Assembly (NCBI GenBank): GCA_028534125.1
Contig: CM052818.1
Span: 35,900,001 to 35,964,000, forward strand
DNA: 64,000 nucleotides
From: Lama glama
Taxonomy: Eukaryota
Reading direction: 5' to 3'
Positions 40,540 to 54,483 of this stretch are shown piece by piece. The notes beneath the pieces were generated by a model, which ran no database searches, had not been told where the DNA came from, and saw nothing but the letters and a program-made list of their open reading frames with translations. The position numbers and the translations under genes are program-made. The first letter of the stretch is position 1. Each line of letters opens with the position of its first letter.

Positions 40540-41514
40540 CTAATTATCAGAGAAATGCAAATCAAAACTACAATGAGGTCACAGGGAAATATACACAAAA
40601 TGTTATGATAAATCACAGAGAAAAAAATGTGACAATGAGTGTGTATATGTCCATGAATGACTGAAAAATTGTGAACACTGGAATTTGACACAACATTGTA
40701 AAATGATTATAAATCAATAAAAAATGTTAAAAAAAAAAAAACTACAATGAGTTATCACCTCACACCAGTCAGAATGGCCATCATTCAAAAGTCCACAAAT
40801 GACAAATGCTGGAGAGGCTGTGGAGAAAAGTGAACCCTCCCACACTGCTTGTGGGAATGCAGTTTGGCCCAGCCACTGTGGAAAACAGTATAGAGATTAC
40901 TCAAAAGACTAGGAATNNNNNNNNNNNNNNNNNNNNNNNNNNNNNNNNNNNNNNNNNNNNNNNNNNNNNNNNNNNNNNNNNNNNNNNNNNNNNNNNNNNN
41001 NNNNNNNNNNNNNNNNGGATAAAGAAGATGTGGTATATTTATACAATGGAATACTACTCAGCCATAAAAACCGACAATGTAATGCCATTTGCAGCAACAT
41101 GGATATTCCTGGAGAATGTCATTCTAAGTGAAGTAAGCCAGAAAGAGAAAGAAAAATACCATATGAGATCACTCATACGTGGAATCTAAAAACAAAACAA
41201 AAAAACAAAAACAAAAACAAACATAAATACAAAACAGAAACAGACTCACAGACATAGAATACAAACTTGTGGTTGCCAAGGGGGCGGAGGGTGGGAAAGG
41301 ATAGACAGGATTTCAAAATGTAGAAAAGATAAACAAGATTATACTGTATAGCACAGGGAAATATATACAAGATCTTGCGGTAGCTCACAGAGAAAAAAAA
41401 TGTGACAATGAATGTATGTATGTTCATGTATAACTGAAAAATTGTGCTCTACACTGGAATTTGACATAACATTGTAAAATGACTACTACTCAATAAAAAA
41501 AAAATGTTAAAACA
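40540..41514 (+). mobile_element. 5'-truncated young L1 (outer element)
   Basis: [16 protein letters not shown]2 motif; TSD agtaggagt(a/g)gaaga at 40525-40539 and 41515-41529. Confidence 0.93.
40580..40737 (+). mobile_element. Nested L1 3' tail (inner element)
   Basis: TSD aaaactacaatgag at 40564-40577 and 40738-40751; own aataaa and poly(A). Confidence 0.92.
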
Positions 41515-42029
41515 AGTAGGAGTGGAAGAGGAGCAGAACATGCCACCAGATGGGGTGCCTCAGAGCCTGGTCTTCTAAGTGTGAGAATCACCAGTTACCC
41601 AGAGTGCTTCCCCACCTCACAGACCTAGGTTCCTTCATGCAGTTCTCACATGGAAACAGATCTTTTGCTTGGTCCAAACTGGTATTGGAATGTACAGAGG
41701 TTGGAGCAGCTTGGCTGCTCAAGTGCCATAATGCTACTGAATCACCATATTGATTACTCTGGGACCCCTTTCTGCTCCCAGTTTCCCCTACCTCTGGCTA
41801 TAAGCATTACTCATAGGACCTCTTACCTATTTTCAAAAATTCTTCACTGTTTTTGAATAATGAAGATTTTCCCTTCTTATTTTTATAGATGGCTACATAT
41901 TTTTTTTCTATTATTTCTATAGATTTGGTGAAGGAAGGCAGAAAGGTAGTGAGTATTCAGTCTGCCTTCTTGAAACTCGCCAGAATAAGGTGGCTTGTTT
42001 TTGGTTTTGGTTTTTGGTTTTTTAATGCA

Positions 42030-42735
42030 ATCACATCATGAAACTGTCCCTTTCCCGGCTTAAAATGTTTTGTTGGCTCCTGACTTACTACAGACAGACT
42101 CTAAATGTCCTAGTATCACATTCAAAGTCCTCTATGAAATGACTGATGACTCCCCACATCTTCCCATCCCCCATGCAATACTCTTCGTCGTCCAGTCACA
42201 CCTAACTATTTATGACTGGTCATACAAAACATGCTTTTTCAGAACTTCATACCTTTGTATTCATCATTGCTTTTGTCTCTAACGCTTCCTTCCCCAGCTT
42301 CTTTTTAATCTTCTAGGCATCCTTTAAAATCCATCTTCAAAGAGATACACATCAAGGTATTAATAGTGATTGTTTTCCTGATTTTTGCTTATCTATATTT
42401 CCTAATATTTTTACATTAAGAATCTACTACTTGTATTGAGGGAGAAAAAGGTTTTTTTTTTTTTTTAATTTTAAAACTCTGGCCAGGGATACCCTCCTTT
42501 GTAAACCCTTACTTGACTAGCCAAAAAAGATTCACTTCCTCTTTGTGCCATCACACTGCCATGTTCATCCCTTTTTTATTATGCTGTATTGAATGTTTTT
42601 CTTCCCTTACTCAACTGTAACCTCCCTCCTTAAGGACAGCATCTATGTCTTCCAGATCTTTCTCATCCCAGGATCTAAAAGAACCTGAAATCTTGTACAT
42701 GCCTAATATATGTTGATGGATAAATGAATGAACAA
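42030..42735 (+). mobile_element. L2 3' fragments
   Basis: Ends in tatgttgatggataaatgaatgaa, the L2 tail. Confidence 0.65.
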
Positions 42736-45700
42736 TAAAAAAACTGGAAGAATTAGGATGGGCAGTTTCACAGTCATGTGAATCGATCTTGGAAAGTCAT
42801 TTAACTTTTCCTACAACAAAAAGAAAGGGGAAAAGCATACACAGACATTTGGAGGCAGTGAGGAAGGTACAGTAATCATGCAATCATTTTAAATCAGAAA
42901 AGATTTTAAGAAAGTACAACATTGAAGTCCTCATGTTACAAGTTAAAGAATTACTTCCAAGAGAGGGAAAGTGATCTGCTCAAGCTCATAAATGATAACA
43001 GAACATGGATTAGAACCCGGGTCCTCAAATTCCCATTACAAAGCTCATTCATTTACTGATATAGCCTATTACTGTTCATGCCATGTGGGGCTTTGGTAAG
43101 GATAATACCATCTTAATAGCTGAATACTGCTTGAAAATGAAAGTTCCCCCAACATGCACTATCACCTAAATTTTAGTCTATCAACATTCAGCTATAGTTT
43201 GCCTTTGAATAAGACTTCTCTTAGAGGCAGCAGCTACTAGTGCTCAAACTAGGGAAGGAAAGGTGAAAAGAATTCATTCAGGCCATAGAGTTGATTTTGC
43301 TAGGTGATCAAGTAACAAACACAGATATGACTTGCTCTTTTTGTGGATACATTCTGTACTTTTATCAGACACCCTAACAAATAAACAAACAAACAAACTA
43401 AGAAGTCATCTCTTAACATTGAAAACAAGGTAAATTTTCCAAACCTGCATATTTGTGGGCTTATGAGGAAGGAAAAGGAGTTTCTGACAGTTTTTGAAAA
43501 CTAGTTGTACCTTGACACCTATCTTAGAAACAAAAAATTAGCCAAGATAGTTTTCTACTGGGCAGTCCATCACAGTCACTCTTAGTCATCTTGCACTGCA
43601 ACACTTAGGAAGCTGTAAGATCATTTTTTATTATAGGGCCTTAACACTACTGAGATGAGGCTATAAAGAAATCTGATATATAAGAAATGCCTACTAGACT
43701 TTGGTTGTATAGCAGTCAACCCCTTTCAAAAGATACCCTCTATTTAAAATATTCACAAATATATTTTCTTTTCCTTATTTTTCTACCTCAAGACATTTCT
43801 CAGTCCCTCCTTTCCTTACCAGTACTAACCAGATTTGCAAAGGTCCTATACATACAAGTCTAAACACATGTGGAGTCTGGACTTTATCATTTTAAAGGAA
43901 GTACTGAACAAAGTAAAAGGAAAGTGCAAACTAACCTAGCTTGAGACAGAGTGACTGGAGTGCCACTGCATGTTATTATGTTTAATTTGCATATAGATGA
44001 TAAACTGGTGAGGAGTAGCTATGTGAAAACAAAAGCTAGGTTAAGAATAACAGACCACAGTAGGAAAAAGAATCAATACTCCACCTGAGAGACAAAATGA
44101 ACAAAAGCAAAAAATCTGCAACACAGACCCAGGGCCATACTACTGCAAAAAATAAATATAAGAAACATGTTTTTCTGTTCATCAGGCATGTCTTTATTTC
44201 CCAAAATAAACACCCCTGATCAGCTAGAAATTCCATGCTGTTAGTCACAATAAAGATTCTCATTGAATGTCACAACATAAGTGACAAGGTAAATGTATTT
44301 ATTAAAACAATGATGCTTCTCTCTCTCTTAATGGTGAACACATTGATCATCCTTTGTTTAAATCAAAACTGTACTGAATGTCTTTTGTCCAAAACTTCTT
44401 CAGATATTCTGCTGACCACTAAAAGACTTACAAATGTGGTACCAGAAAAATAACCTATTGTTAATTCTAAAACTGGAAATCTTTGGTTCCAACTCTGATG
44501 TAATTTGCAATCTTTAGTGAGAACTATTTAAATAAAATGTTGTTTCTGAGAAGTAGTAGAGAATTTCTTAGTTCATGGTAGATTGCACTAAGAACTAAAA
44601 AAAGAAATCTGAGAAATGTAAAAACAGTTTTTAAAAATCTGTAATAAGCTAAACCCGAAGAACATGTATATTTTACGACTAGCTAAAATATCTAAGAGCT
44701 TAAGTTATATCATTATGTGAAGTATGGCTGATTTTTTCCATAAAATTAGCAAACAATTTTCACAGCATAACCATCAAAAAATTAGGTGGGTAAGTTAGGA
44801 AATACTAAAATGAATATATATCTGACATTGATTTCTCAAATACCCTTGTAGAGAAAAAAATGGTGGAAAGTAACTAGTTAAAGTAACTTCCAGGCAGAAG
44901 AGAAGCAGCTTATAAAATCTGCCCCCAGAAAGTGCTGATTAAGCAGTCAGTATCCACCAATGAACAGGATTGCAGTGGCCTGCCTCTGACTGCCCTGTTA
45001 AATTTTTTTTCAATGACTTGTTCCAATAATTCAAAAACTTGTCCATCATATTGGTTGATAACACAAAGCTGAGAACACAAGGCTAGAGAACGCAATAAAT
45101 GAAGATTAAAAGTGGTAAATGATCTTTAGATCATTTAGATCACCCGTTTAGGGTAGAATACTGGGCTAAAAATAAACTAGATAGAAATTTAGGGTGATAA
45201 GCACATAAAGTATAGTATTCTTTATCAGTTACAGATTTTTATATATTCTTTTGTACTTATTTAATATTTATTTAAAACATTTTTAAAAATTAAGAGTTAA
45301 GTAAAGCACTTGAATGAAGTACATTAAAGTACTTTCCCTAGATTATTTCATGTAGTCCTCATAACAATCCTATTAATGAGGCATTATTATCTTTGTTATA
45401 TATTTTTTAAAAAGCCAAGTTAACCCAAGGACATTTTACTAATAAGTGGCAAAACCCAAATCGTTTTGTTTCTCGAGTTCATGGCTTGATTTATTACACC
45501 AATCTCTTCCCTATTCTTAGGTTAAAATGAAGACAAGAAGACCTGACACAAAAGCCAATTATGAAAATAAATTGATAGATAGATAAACAAACAAATAAAC
45601 CTACAGGCTTATGTGACCAAAGCAGTTAATGGGAACAAAATATGGGATATACAGTCATTTAAAAAAAAAAAACTAGTTTAATCGCACTGATCTTAATCAC

Positions 45701-47521
45701 ACTGATAAAAACAGATCCATTCTAATCTGAGCTGATCAGAATCACATTTAAACCATTATATGAGGTTCTGAATACCATTATTTAAAGGATTTAAAGTTAG
45801 AGAATATCTAAGATATCCAAACGTCTGAAAACAATGGTATACAAGAAACAATTAGGCTATGGAAATTATCCTGGAAAAGAGAAGCATTTGGGAAGACAGA
45901 ACAGCTATCATCAAACAGAGACATCAAAGCAGTCATTAAATATCTGAACCCTTGATGTGCCGAAATGGACAGAGATTTGTTCTACACAACTTCAGAGAGT
46001 AGAACTGGGGCCAATAAGTAGATAATATAAAGAAACAAACCTCAGGATCATTATTACTAAAAAATAATCAAGCAGAAGAGAAACAGACTCAAAAACCAAA
46101 GATTCCTTACAAATCTCAAATTCTGTTTCCCTAATCCTTATCCTTCACACGAGGTCTCTGTTCTCTACAACAAATCATATCCTTGATTTTAACTGTGTAT
46201 TACTCATTTAACATTTTATATGCATATTGCCATAAAATAAATGTCACAAATTATAGTCCAACTGACAGGCTAGTCCCCAAAAGCTTATTTCACAAAGCTG
46301 TACTACAACATTAATTAAAGTGGAGTCACATTTTATTTGCTTTTATCTTTCCATACATACTAGCCTACCAAATACGAAAAATGAGACTACATTGAAGAAT
46401 CAACTTGAGTTTCAAGCAGGTGCGCAGGAGATCATCGGAACAAAATAGACTTAACTCTCTACCTACATTCAGGCTGCAAAAGTATTCTATATTCTCTTCT
46501 AGTAATCTTATGCTTTCAATTTTATGTTTATGCATATTTTCAATTAACTTATGTAAATGGTGTAATGTAGAGATTGCAATTCATTTTTTAAATAAACCTA
46601 TCTAGTTATTTCACCTCCAAAAAAAACAAAGAAAATATGTCCCTTTTTCCCCTAAAACAATCACTCCCTAAAGTGGCAATCCTAGTGACTTTTTAATAAA
46701 ACAATCTGTCTTTTGTAAATTCCACCTTTCTGCATAGCATCGCCCATGCTCCTCTTTCTCAATTTCAGTATCTTCCAATCTCCTCATACCATAGTACCCT
46801 ACTCTAGTCCAACTCTGGCTGCTCCAACTTACCACAATAATGTCTAAAATTATGTTTCTCCTTTTTAATCACAACTAGGGGTGGAGAGGTGATCTGACTA
46901 TAACAATTTATAAAAATGATTATAAACTCTTAACCTAACCAGAGGTATCTAAAAAGCAGGTATCTTTCTATCCAAACTAATGCTTAATAACAAGAATTTC
47001 AGGCAACATAATAGTGAAATTAAAAAAATAATCAGACAATATGGGTGAAGATATTCTTCTGTAAAGTCCATCATAAGCCTTGTCTGAAATCAGCTCCCAT
47101 AATTGTATTCTGTTGCATAACTTTTTTCCTTGCTCTAGTTCTGAGCCTTCAAATCCTTTAAAAGCCTATGGTTTCCAAGAATTGTATCCATTGTTTACAG
47201 GGAGAAGAGAGTCTTTGACAATAAATAGGACTGGGGAAAATGTTTTCCATTGGTACTTGTATAGATGATTAAAAATGAACTGGAAAAAAACCTTAAATAG
47301 ATATATGAAATATTAAGAAGTAGTAAGAAGATTCTAAGACTGAGGAAAATGAGTCTATATACTTTTCTCAGGCTTACATGATATTCGTTCTCTCATCATA
47401 ACCCATCAAATATCAACAAATAAGGTAGAAATACAAAATCAATCTTTTAATAGCTTTAAAAAATAGGTATAAATGATTTTACTTTTTAAAAGCTAGTCTG
47501 GTGCCATAAAAACAACTGGAA

Positions 47522-49790
47522 ATTTGATGAACAGAGGTGCAAAATTCTCAACAAAATACTAGCAAACCAAATCCAACAACACATAAAAAAGATCATACAC
47601 TACAATCAAGTTGAATTCATCTCAGGGTTATGAGGATGGTTCAACATACGCAAATCAATAAATGTGACACACTGCATCAACAAAAGAAAGGACAAAAACC
47701 ACATGATCATCTCAATAGATGTAGAAAAAGCATCTGATAAAATTCAACATCCATTCATGATAAAAACACTGATCAAAGTGGGTACAGAGAGAACATATAT
47801 CCGTGACAAACCCACATCCAACATAATACTTAACAGTAAAAAGTTGAAAGCCTTATTGCTAAAACCTGGAACAAGAAAAGGATGCCCACTCTCACCACTT
47901 CTGTTCAACACAGTATTGGAAGTCCTAGCCATAGCAATCAGACAAGAAAAAGAAATAAAAGGGATGCAAATTTGAACAGAAGAGGTAAAACTGTCACTAT
48001 ATGCAGATGATACACTATGTATAGAAAACCCTAAAGACTCCACACAAAAACTACTACAGCTGATAAACAAATTCAGTAAGGTAGCAGAATACAAGATTAA
48101 CATACAGAAATCAGTTGCATTTCTTTACAATAACAATGAAAATCAGAAAAACAGAGAGTAATAAAACAGTCCCTTTTAAAATTGCATCAAAAAAAAAATA
48201 CTTAGGAATAAACCTGACCAGGAGGCGAAACACTTATAAAATGAGAACTATAAAACACTGATAAAGGAAATTAAAGATGATTTTTAAAAATAAAAAGATA
48301 TCCCATGCTCTCGGATTAGAAGAATTATTATTGTTAAAATGGCCATACTACCCAAAGCAATACACAGATTTAATGTGATCCCTAACATATTATCCAGGGC
48401 ACTTTTCCACAGAACTAGAACAAATAATCCTAAAATGTATATGGAATCACAAAAGACCCAGAACAGCAAAAGCAATTCTGAATAAAAAGAAACAAAGCTA
48501 GAGGCATAACCCTCCCAGACTTCATAAAATACTACAGAGTTACAGTAATAAAAACAGCATGGTATTGGCATAAAAGCAGACATATGGATCAGTGGAACAG
48601 AATAGAGAGCCCAGAAATAAACCCACAGGCCTATGGTCAATTAATCTTCGACAAAAGATGCAAGAATATACAATAGAGAAAAGACAGTCTTTTCAGCAAG
48701 TGGTGTTGGGTAAGCTGCATAGCCACAAGTGTATCAATGAAGTTAGAACACTCCCTCACACCATACACAAAAATAAACTCAAAATGGCTTAAAGAGTTAA
48801 ACATAAGACAGGATACCATAAATCTAAGAAAACATAGGTAAAACGTTCTCTGATACAAATCTTAGCAACGTTCTCCTAGGTCAGTCTACCAAGGTAATAG
48901 AAATAAAAGCAAAAATAAATAAATGGGACCTAATTAAACTAATGAGCTTTTGCACACAAAGGACAAAATGAATAAAATGAAAGGGCAGCCTATGGAATGG
49001 GAGAAAATATCTGCAAACAATGCAACTGACAAGGGATTAATTTCCAGAATATACCAACAACTTATACAACTCAATAACAAAAAACAAACAACCCAATCAA
49101 AAAATGGGCAGAAAACCTAAATGGACATTTCTCCAATGAAGACATACAGATGGCCATCAGGCACGTGAAAAGATGCTCAATATCGCTAATTATCAAGGAA
49201 ATGTAAATTAAAACCACAGTGAGTTATCACCTCACATAGGTCAAAATGGCCATATTAAAAAGTCCACAAATAATAAATGCTGGCGAGGGTATGGAAAAGA
49301 GGGAACTCTCCTCCACTGTTGGTGGGAATGTAATTTGGTGTAGCCACTATAGAAAACAGTATGGAGATTCCTTAAAAAACTGAAAACAGATTTACCATAT
49401 GATCCAGCAATCCCATTCCTGACCATATATCTATAGGAAACTCTAATTTGAAAAGATACATGCATCCCAATGTTCATAGCAGCATTATTTACAATAGCCA
49501 AGACACAGACTTATTTATAAAACAGAAATAGACTCATAGACATAGAAAACAAACTTACAGTTACCAGGGGGAACAGGGAGACATGATAAATTAGGAGTTT
49601 GGGATTTGCAGATACTAACTACTATACATAAAATAAATAAACAACAAGTTTCTACTGTATAGCACAGGGAACAATATTCAATTAAAATAACTTACAATGA
49701 TAAAGAATATATATGTTTAAGTGAATCAATATGCTATACACCAGAACACAACATTGTAAGTCAATAATACTTCAGTTGAAAAAAAAAAAC
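47522..49790 (+). mobile_element. 2.3-kb 5'-truncated L1 (RT domain to 3'UTR), disrupted
   Basis: [44 protein letters not shown] aacaact(g/c)gaa at 47511-47521 and 49791-49801. Confidence 0.95.
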
Positions 49791-50788
49791 AACAACTCGA
49801 AGAAGGATACCAAGGGGAAGATGGAAGGACACAGTCAATGAAGATACCTTTTCGAATAAATGAATAATTCAAATGCAAATAATCTACCTACAGAGAATCA
49901 TGACTTAACCATACATATAACTGAAGGTAAAATATATTATTCTGAATAACATGTGTAAAATGTTTAAAGTGCCTGGTGTATAATAAGCACTAAAAGTGTT
50001 CACTTCTACAACCATTACTTTATTATACTCACTGTTTATAGTTTAAAGGAATTCTACATACTCAATCCTACGCTCTCCTAAGAGTATGAGTACTACGTAT
50101 TTTAAGACAAATACAAGGTAAATGTGTTACCCCTTTCAGGTCTTTAAAAGTAAGAATCTTACTCCAACAATGTGTTAGATTAAAAATTACTAGAGAAAAT
50201 TATTATATTGCTAATGATAAAAGTTTTACTTCACACTTTTCATCCATGACAATCTTTAGCACTCTTCCAATCCACTTTAGTATCTGGCCAAAACCATCCC
50301 TCGATGTACATTTTGATTGCTGCATCTTATTCAGGTGTCCTTCCTCCTCCAATTTCTACACTATCCCCATTCAGAAGCCAATTTTGAGCTCCCACAGAAT
50401 TGGATACTACATCTGGTATACTCTCTCTGTACCTTCAAAATGCCTCTAGTATGTGCCCTTATCAGATACCAATATAATAATTGTTGATATATCTACTGCC
50501 ACTATAGTCTGAGAATTACCTGAGGACAAGGTCCATATTTTCTTCATCTTTATGATGCTGGCACACAAAGTCTCATACTAAATAAAGGCTGCTAAATGTA
50601 TGCTGAATGAATTATTCCATCCTTCAGAAATAAATTAAATGATGAGAAATGGTTTAAATAATTATAGCACCACTAGATGAAGTAGTATACAGTTACTGAA
50701 TCATAATTATTAAAACTAAGTCATTACGAAAACTCAGTAATAAATGTTAGAGAGCCTGTATATCACAGTAATTAAGAACATGAGATTT

Positions 50789-50964
50789 CACTGGAATTTG
50801 ACACAACATTGTAAAATGACTATAACTCAATTAAAAAAATGTTTAAAAAATTTTTTTGGAGATCTAAAGGCACAGTGAAAAAAAAAGAACATGAGATTTC
50901 ACTGGAATTTGACACAACATTGTAAAATGACTATAACCCAATAAAATAAAGTTTAAAAAAAAAA
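50789..50964 (+). mobile_element. Two tandem ultra-short L1 3' tails
   Basis: cactggaatttgacacaacattgtaaaatgactataac twice; aacatgagattt three times. Confidence 0.9.
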
Positions 50965-53900
50965 AACATGAGATTTGTAGTCAGTCCCAGCTTTTGGTCA
51001 TTCATTCAACAAATAGGAAGAAGATGACACTAACGAGTTAGAGAAGAGAGAAAAAGGTCAGATTATCAGACTAAGAAAGGGAGTTAGGCCAAATTTGTTT
51101 TTTTTTTTTTAAGTCCATCCCTACCAATATAATTATTACTATCATTTCATAAGGGTGGCCATGGCCATTAGTCTGGCTCAATTAACAACAGTGCCATATA
51201 ATTATTTGCATTTACAGCTTAATGAACTTTTGTCTTTGGTCCCCTTCAATTAAAGAAAGGCAAAACCTATTCATAGTCATAAAGGGAAAAATATATTTCA
51301 TAGATCAGGGTCCATGTCACTTGTGCCTTTATAACATGCAGAGCAAAGCTCAGCCTGTTCACCACCAAGCTGGCACACAGGAGGTCACACTCAAGCAGCT
51401 CAGAGAGTGACTGATTACCCGCTGGCTGAGCTGCTGCAGCTATTCCTCAGTAACAGAACTAAAAACTAAGAATACTAACTTCTTTCTTGAAAGAGATTCG
51501 CCAAAGGTCTCTGTTGTTTGTTTTCTTGTTTTGAACTCCTGATCCAATGAATTAAAGAATATTTATTTGCTTTGGAAATAACACCCCAAAATTCTGAATA
51601 AAATTATAAATCCAGATCATAACTTTCCTAAGTCCACCAAAATATTCACAGCTTTTGTCTAGGGATAGGACTATATATGTATGGTTAGTTACTTGCTTGT
51701 TTTACGTGCCCTGTGCTTTTTTTTCTCTCTTCTACTTTTTAATATTTCCCCTATTTTCTACAATATTCCATTCTCCTTTCATAACATAAGGGAAAACAAG
51801 CAAGCAAGAAACTAAGACAGCAAGACAGCCTTCTTCCAAGTAATATAGCTTGAATCACCTCTAATCTCTCAAAATACCAAAGGAGAAATAAATTTAACAA
51901 AAGATGTCAAAATAAATGTCCTCAAAATAAATTATTCCTAAATCCACATTCAATAATTTAGAAACTTAACAGGAAACATGTTTTTAATACTAACTTTTTC
52001 AAAATAAAAGATAAGCTTTTTCTCAATGCTAAATTAGATTTAAATTAGTTAAATCTAATTTAACTATAACATCAGCTATAACTTATTCTGATGCCCAGAG
52101 TTCAAGCAAGGGTCAAGATGTGATAAACACTCTTACTTTGGGTTTGCACACTTGCTTTTTAATCCAATGAACCCACACCATCTCTGCTTTTAAACTGTGG
52201 ATAGTTAATATAACTACTCTGCAGATTCATCTGACACTCTTATACTACATTTAACCATATTTACTTTGTATTAAGTGACCAGGTATTTCAACATCAAAAT
52301 CTTAAGCCATAAAAATTTTAACTATTTATATCTATATTTTATTATGTAATATCCTAATTTTATTAGTCTGTTAATATTATTCATTTTAAGTCACATGCCA
52401 GAGACTAGTCTTGCTTACTTTACTTGCTCCATGTAGAGTTTAATCAAATAAAATACAAATAATGAAGACCAATGCTTATGTGACTGTTTTATTGCTTAAC
52501 AATTAAAATTTTTAATTTTTCAGCTAAACTAGTTAAATGAATTACAGGTGGCCTTATAAAAATAAGTCAGTCACTGATCCTGAGCAACACAGTTCCAGGA
52601 GCCTGTTCATTTGACAGTATGTATAAATGTTCCTAACACATACCAAGCACTTCTAGAGTTGGCCAGAGAAATTGCTAAAACCAGTAACTGCTCACCATCT
52701 AGAACCAGATGAATTCCATTTCAGATAATGGTAAAGCTTGGTGGAGGAAATGTGGGAAAAGTAAAACCCTCACACTCTAACAAGTAATATCTAAATCAGT
52801 ATACTTTATTAAGTAATGTCAAATTATTCTTCAAAGTTGAAGAGCCATACACTATTCAACCAGTGATTCCAATCCTATGCAAACATACATACTCCCATAC
52901 ACACATACACACACCCTACATGCTTTCTATAGAAACTCATACACATTCGCAAGAAGCATGTTCAGAAATATTCATTGCAGCATTGTCTAATAATAAAAAA
53001 ACCCTGAAAACTACCTAATACTCACCCAAAGGAGAACGGGTAAATAAACTATGGTGTAGTCATACAATAGAAAAATGTTTAGGAAAAAAAAGCATATTGC
53101 AAGAGTGTATTGCAGTGTAGTGTGTATCTAAAGTTTAAAAACAGAAAACAATTACATTATTTATGGAAACAAATATATTCAGCATACTGTTTATCTCTGG
53201 GTAATGGAGAGGAAGAGAAAAGGGAAAGAGAAGGGTGTACAGAGGAGAGGGTTCAACTGCACAGTGTTTTACGTCTTTTAAAAAAATCTGAAGCAAATAC
53301 AGAAAAATATTAAGCTCCAATTAAGTTGGATGGTACATAAAATTTTCCTATTCTTTATTCTTTTCTACATATTTGAAATATTTCTTATCAATTCAAGATA
53401 TAAAGAGATCTGAACTGGGTGGACACTATTTAACAAACAGTTAATATCTGACCAACAGTTAAGTAAAGCCAGCAAAGAAGCACCTGTGACAAAAGACTGT
53501 TTTCACAAGACCTATTTCCATCTGGAAGTGTAAGAGCCATATGCACAAATCATCTAATTATACCCCCAACAACACCACAAAATGGAGGTATTATTCCCAT
53601 TTGGCAGAGTAAAAAAAATTGAGGTCAAAGAAACTGGGTGACTTGGCTAAGGTCATACAGCCAATAAGTCATAGAGAAAAGCCCACATAATCTGTAGCTG
53701 TAAAGCAACTTTTATAGCAACTCGTGTTTCAATGGAATGGTACATGCAGCTTAGTAACTCTTGTTAAAAGGGGGTCTTACTTGATCAGAAGCTCACTATG
53801 AGACCCAAAGAGGATATGGCTACCAAAAACAGCTTAATTTTAGGGTATATGAAAAGGAAAAACAAAAGCCAAAATTACCAGCCGACCATACTTCGTACTA

Positions 53901-54131
53901 CTATGTAGGTAAACAAAGTACTGAGTTTAATTTTAGACTCCAAGTTTAAGAGGACATTGATAAAATGTGGAGTTGTTACCAAGGGCAAAATTTCAGCTGA
54001 ATAAAAGAATTAACATTCCAACCATCAGAGCTTTTTACAGCTGAACTGAATTGCTTTAGGAATACAAGCATTTCTTCTACTGTGCTGGTGGACATAACAC
54101 TCATTTAATTATAAAATACTGTGGATTATGA

Positions 54132-54483
54132 TGTGCATAGTCAGCTCAGGCTGCTATAACAAAATACCATGGGCAGACCGGCTTAAACAAGCATTTATTC
54201 CTCACAGTTCTGAAGGCTGGGAAGGCCAAGATCAAGGTTCCAGCAGATCTGGTATCTCATGAGGGGCCTTCTTTCTGGTTCACAGGCATCTGCCTTCTTG
54301 CTGTATCCTCACATGCTGGTGGTGGGGAGGCAAACTTTCCGGTCTCTTCTTGTAAGGACACTAATTCCATTGTAAGGAGTCTACCCTCATGACCAAAAGA
54401 CCCCACCTTCTAAATACCATTACAATGAGGGTTATGGCTTTAACACATGAATTCTGAGGTGACAGAAACTTTCAGTCCTTAAA
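54132..54483 (-). mobile_element. MaLR solo LTR (MLT1A-like)
   Basis: ggctgctataacaaaatacca...cacagttctgaaggctgggaaggccaagatcaagg; about 350 bp. Confidence 0.87.

Noticed and set aside
47664..47975. Reverse-transcriptase ORF as a novel RT system
   Set aside because: Standard L1 ORF2 RT fragment in a truncated copy with stops and frameshifts.
50774..50976. Repeat-spacer-like pattern suggesting a CRISPR array
   Set aside because: Mammalian DNA; the repeats are TSDs and the spacers are homologous L1 tails; no cas genes.
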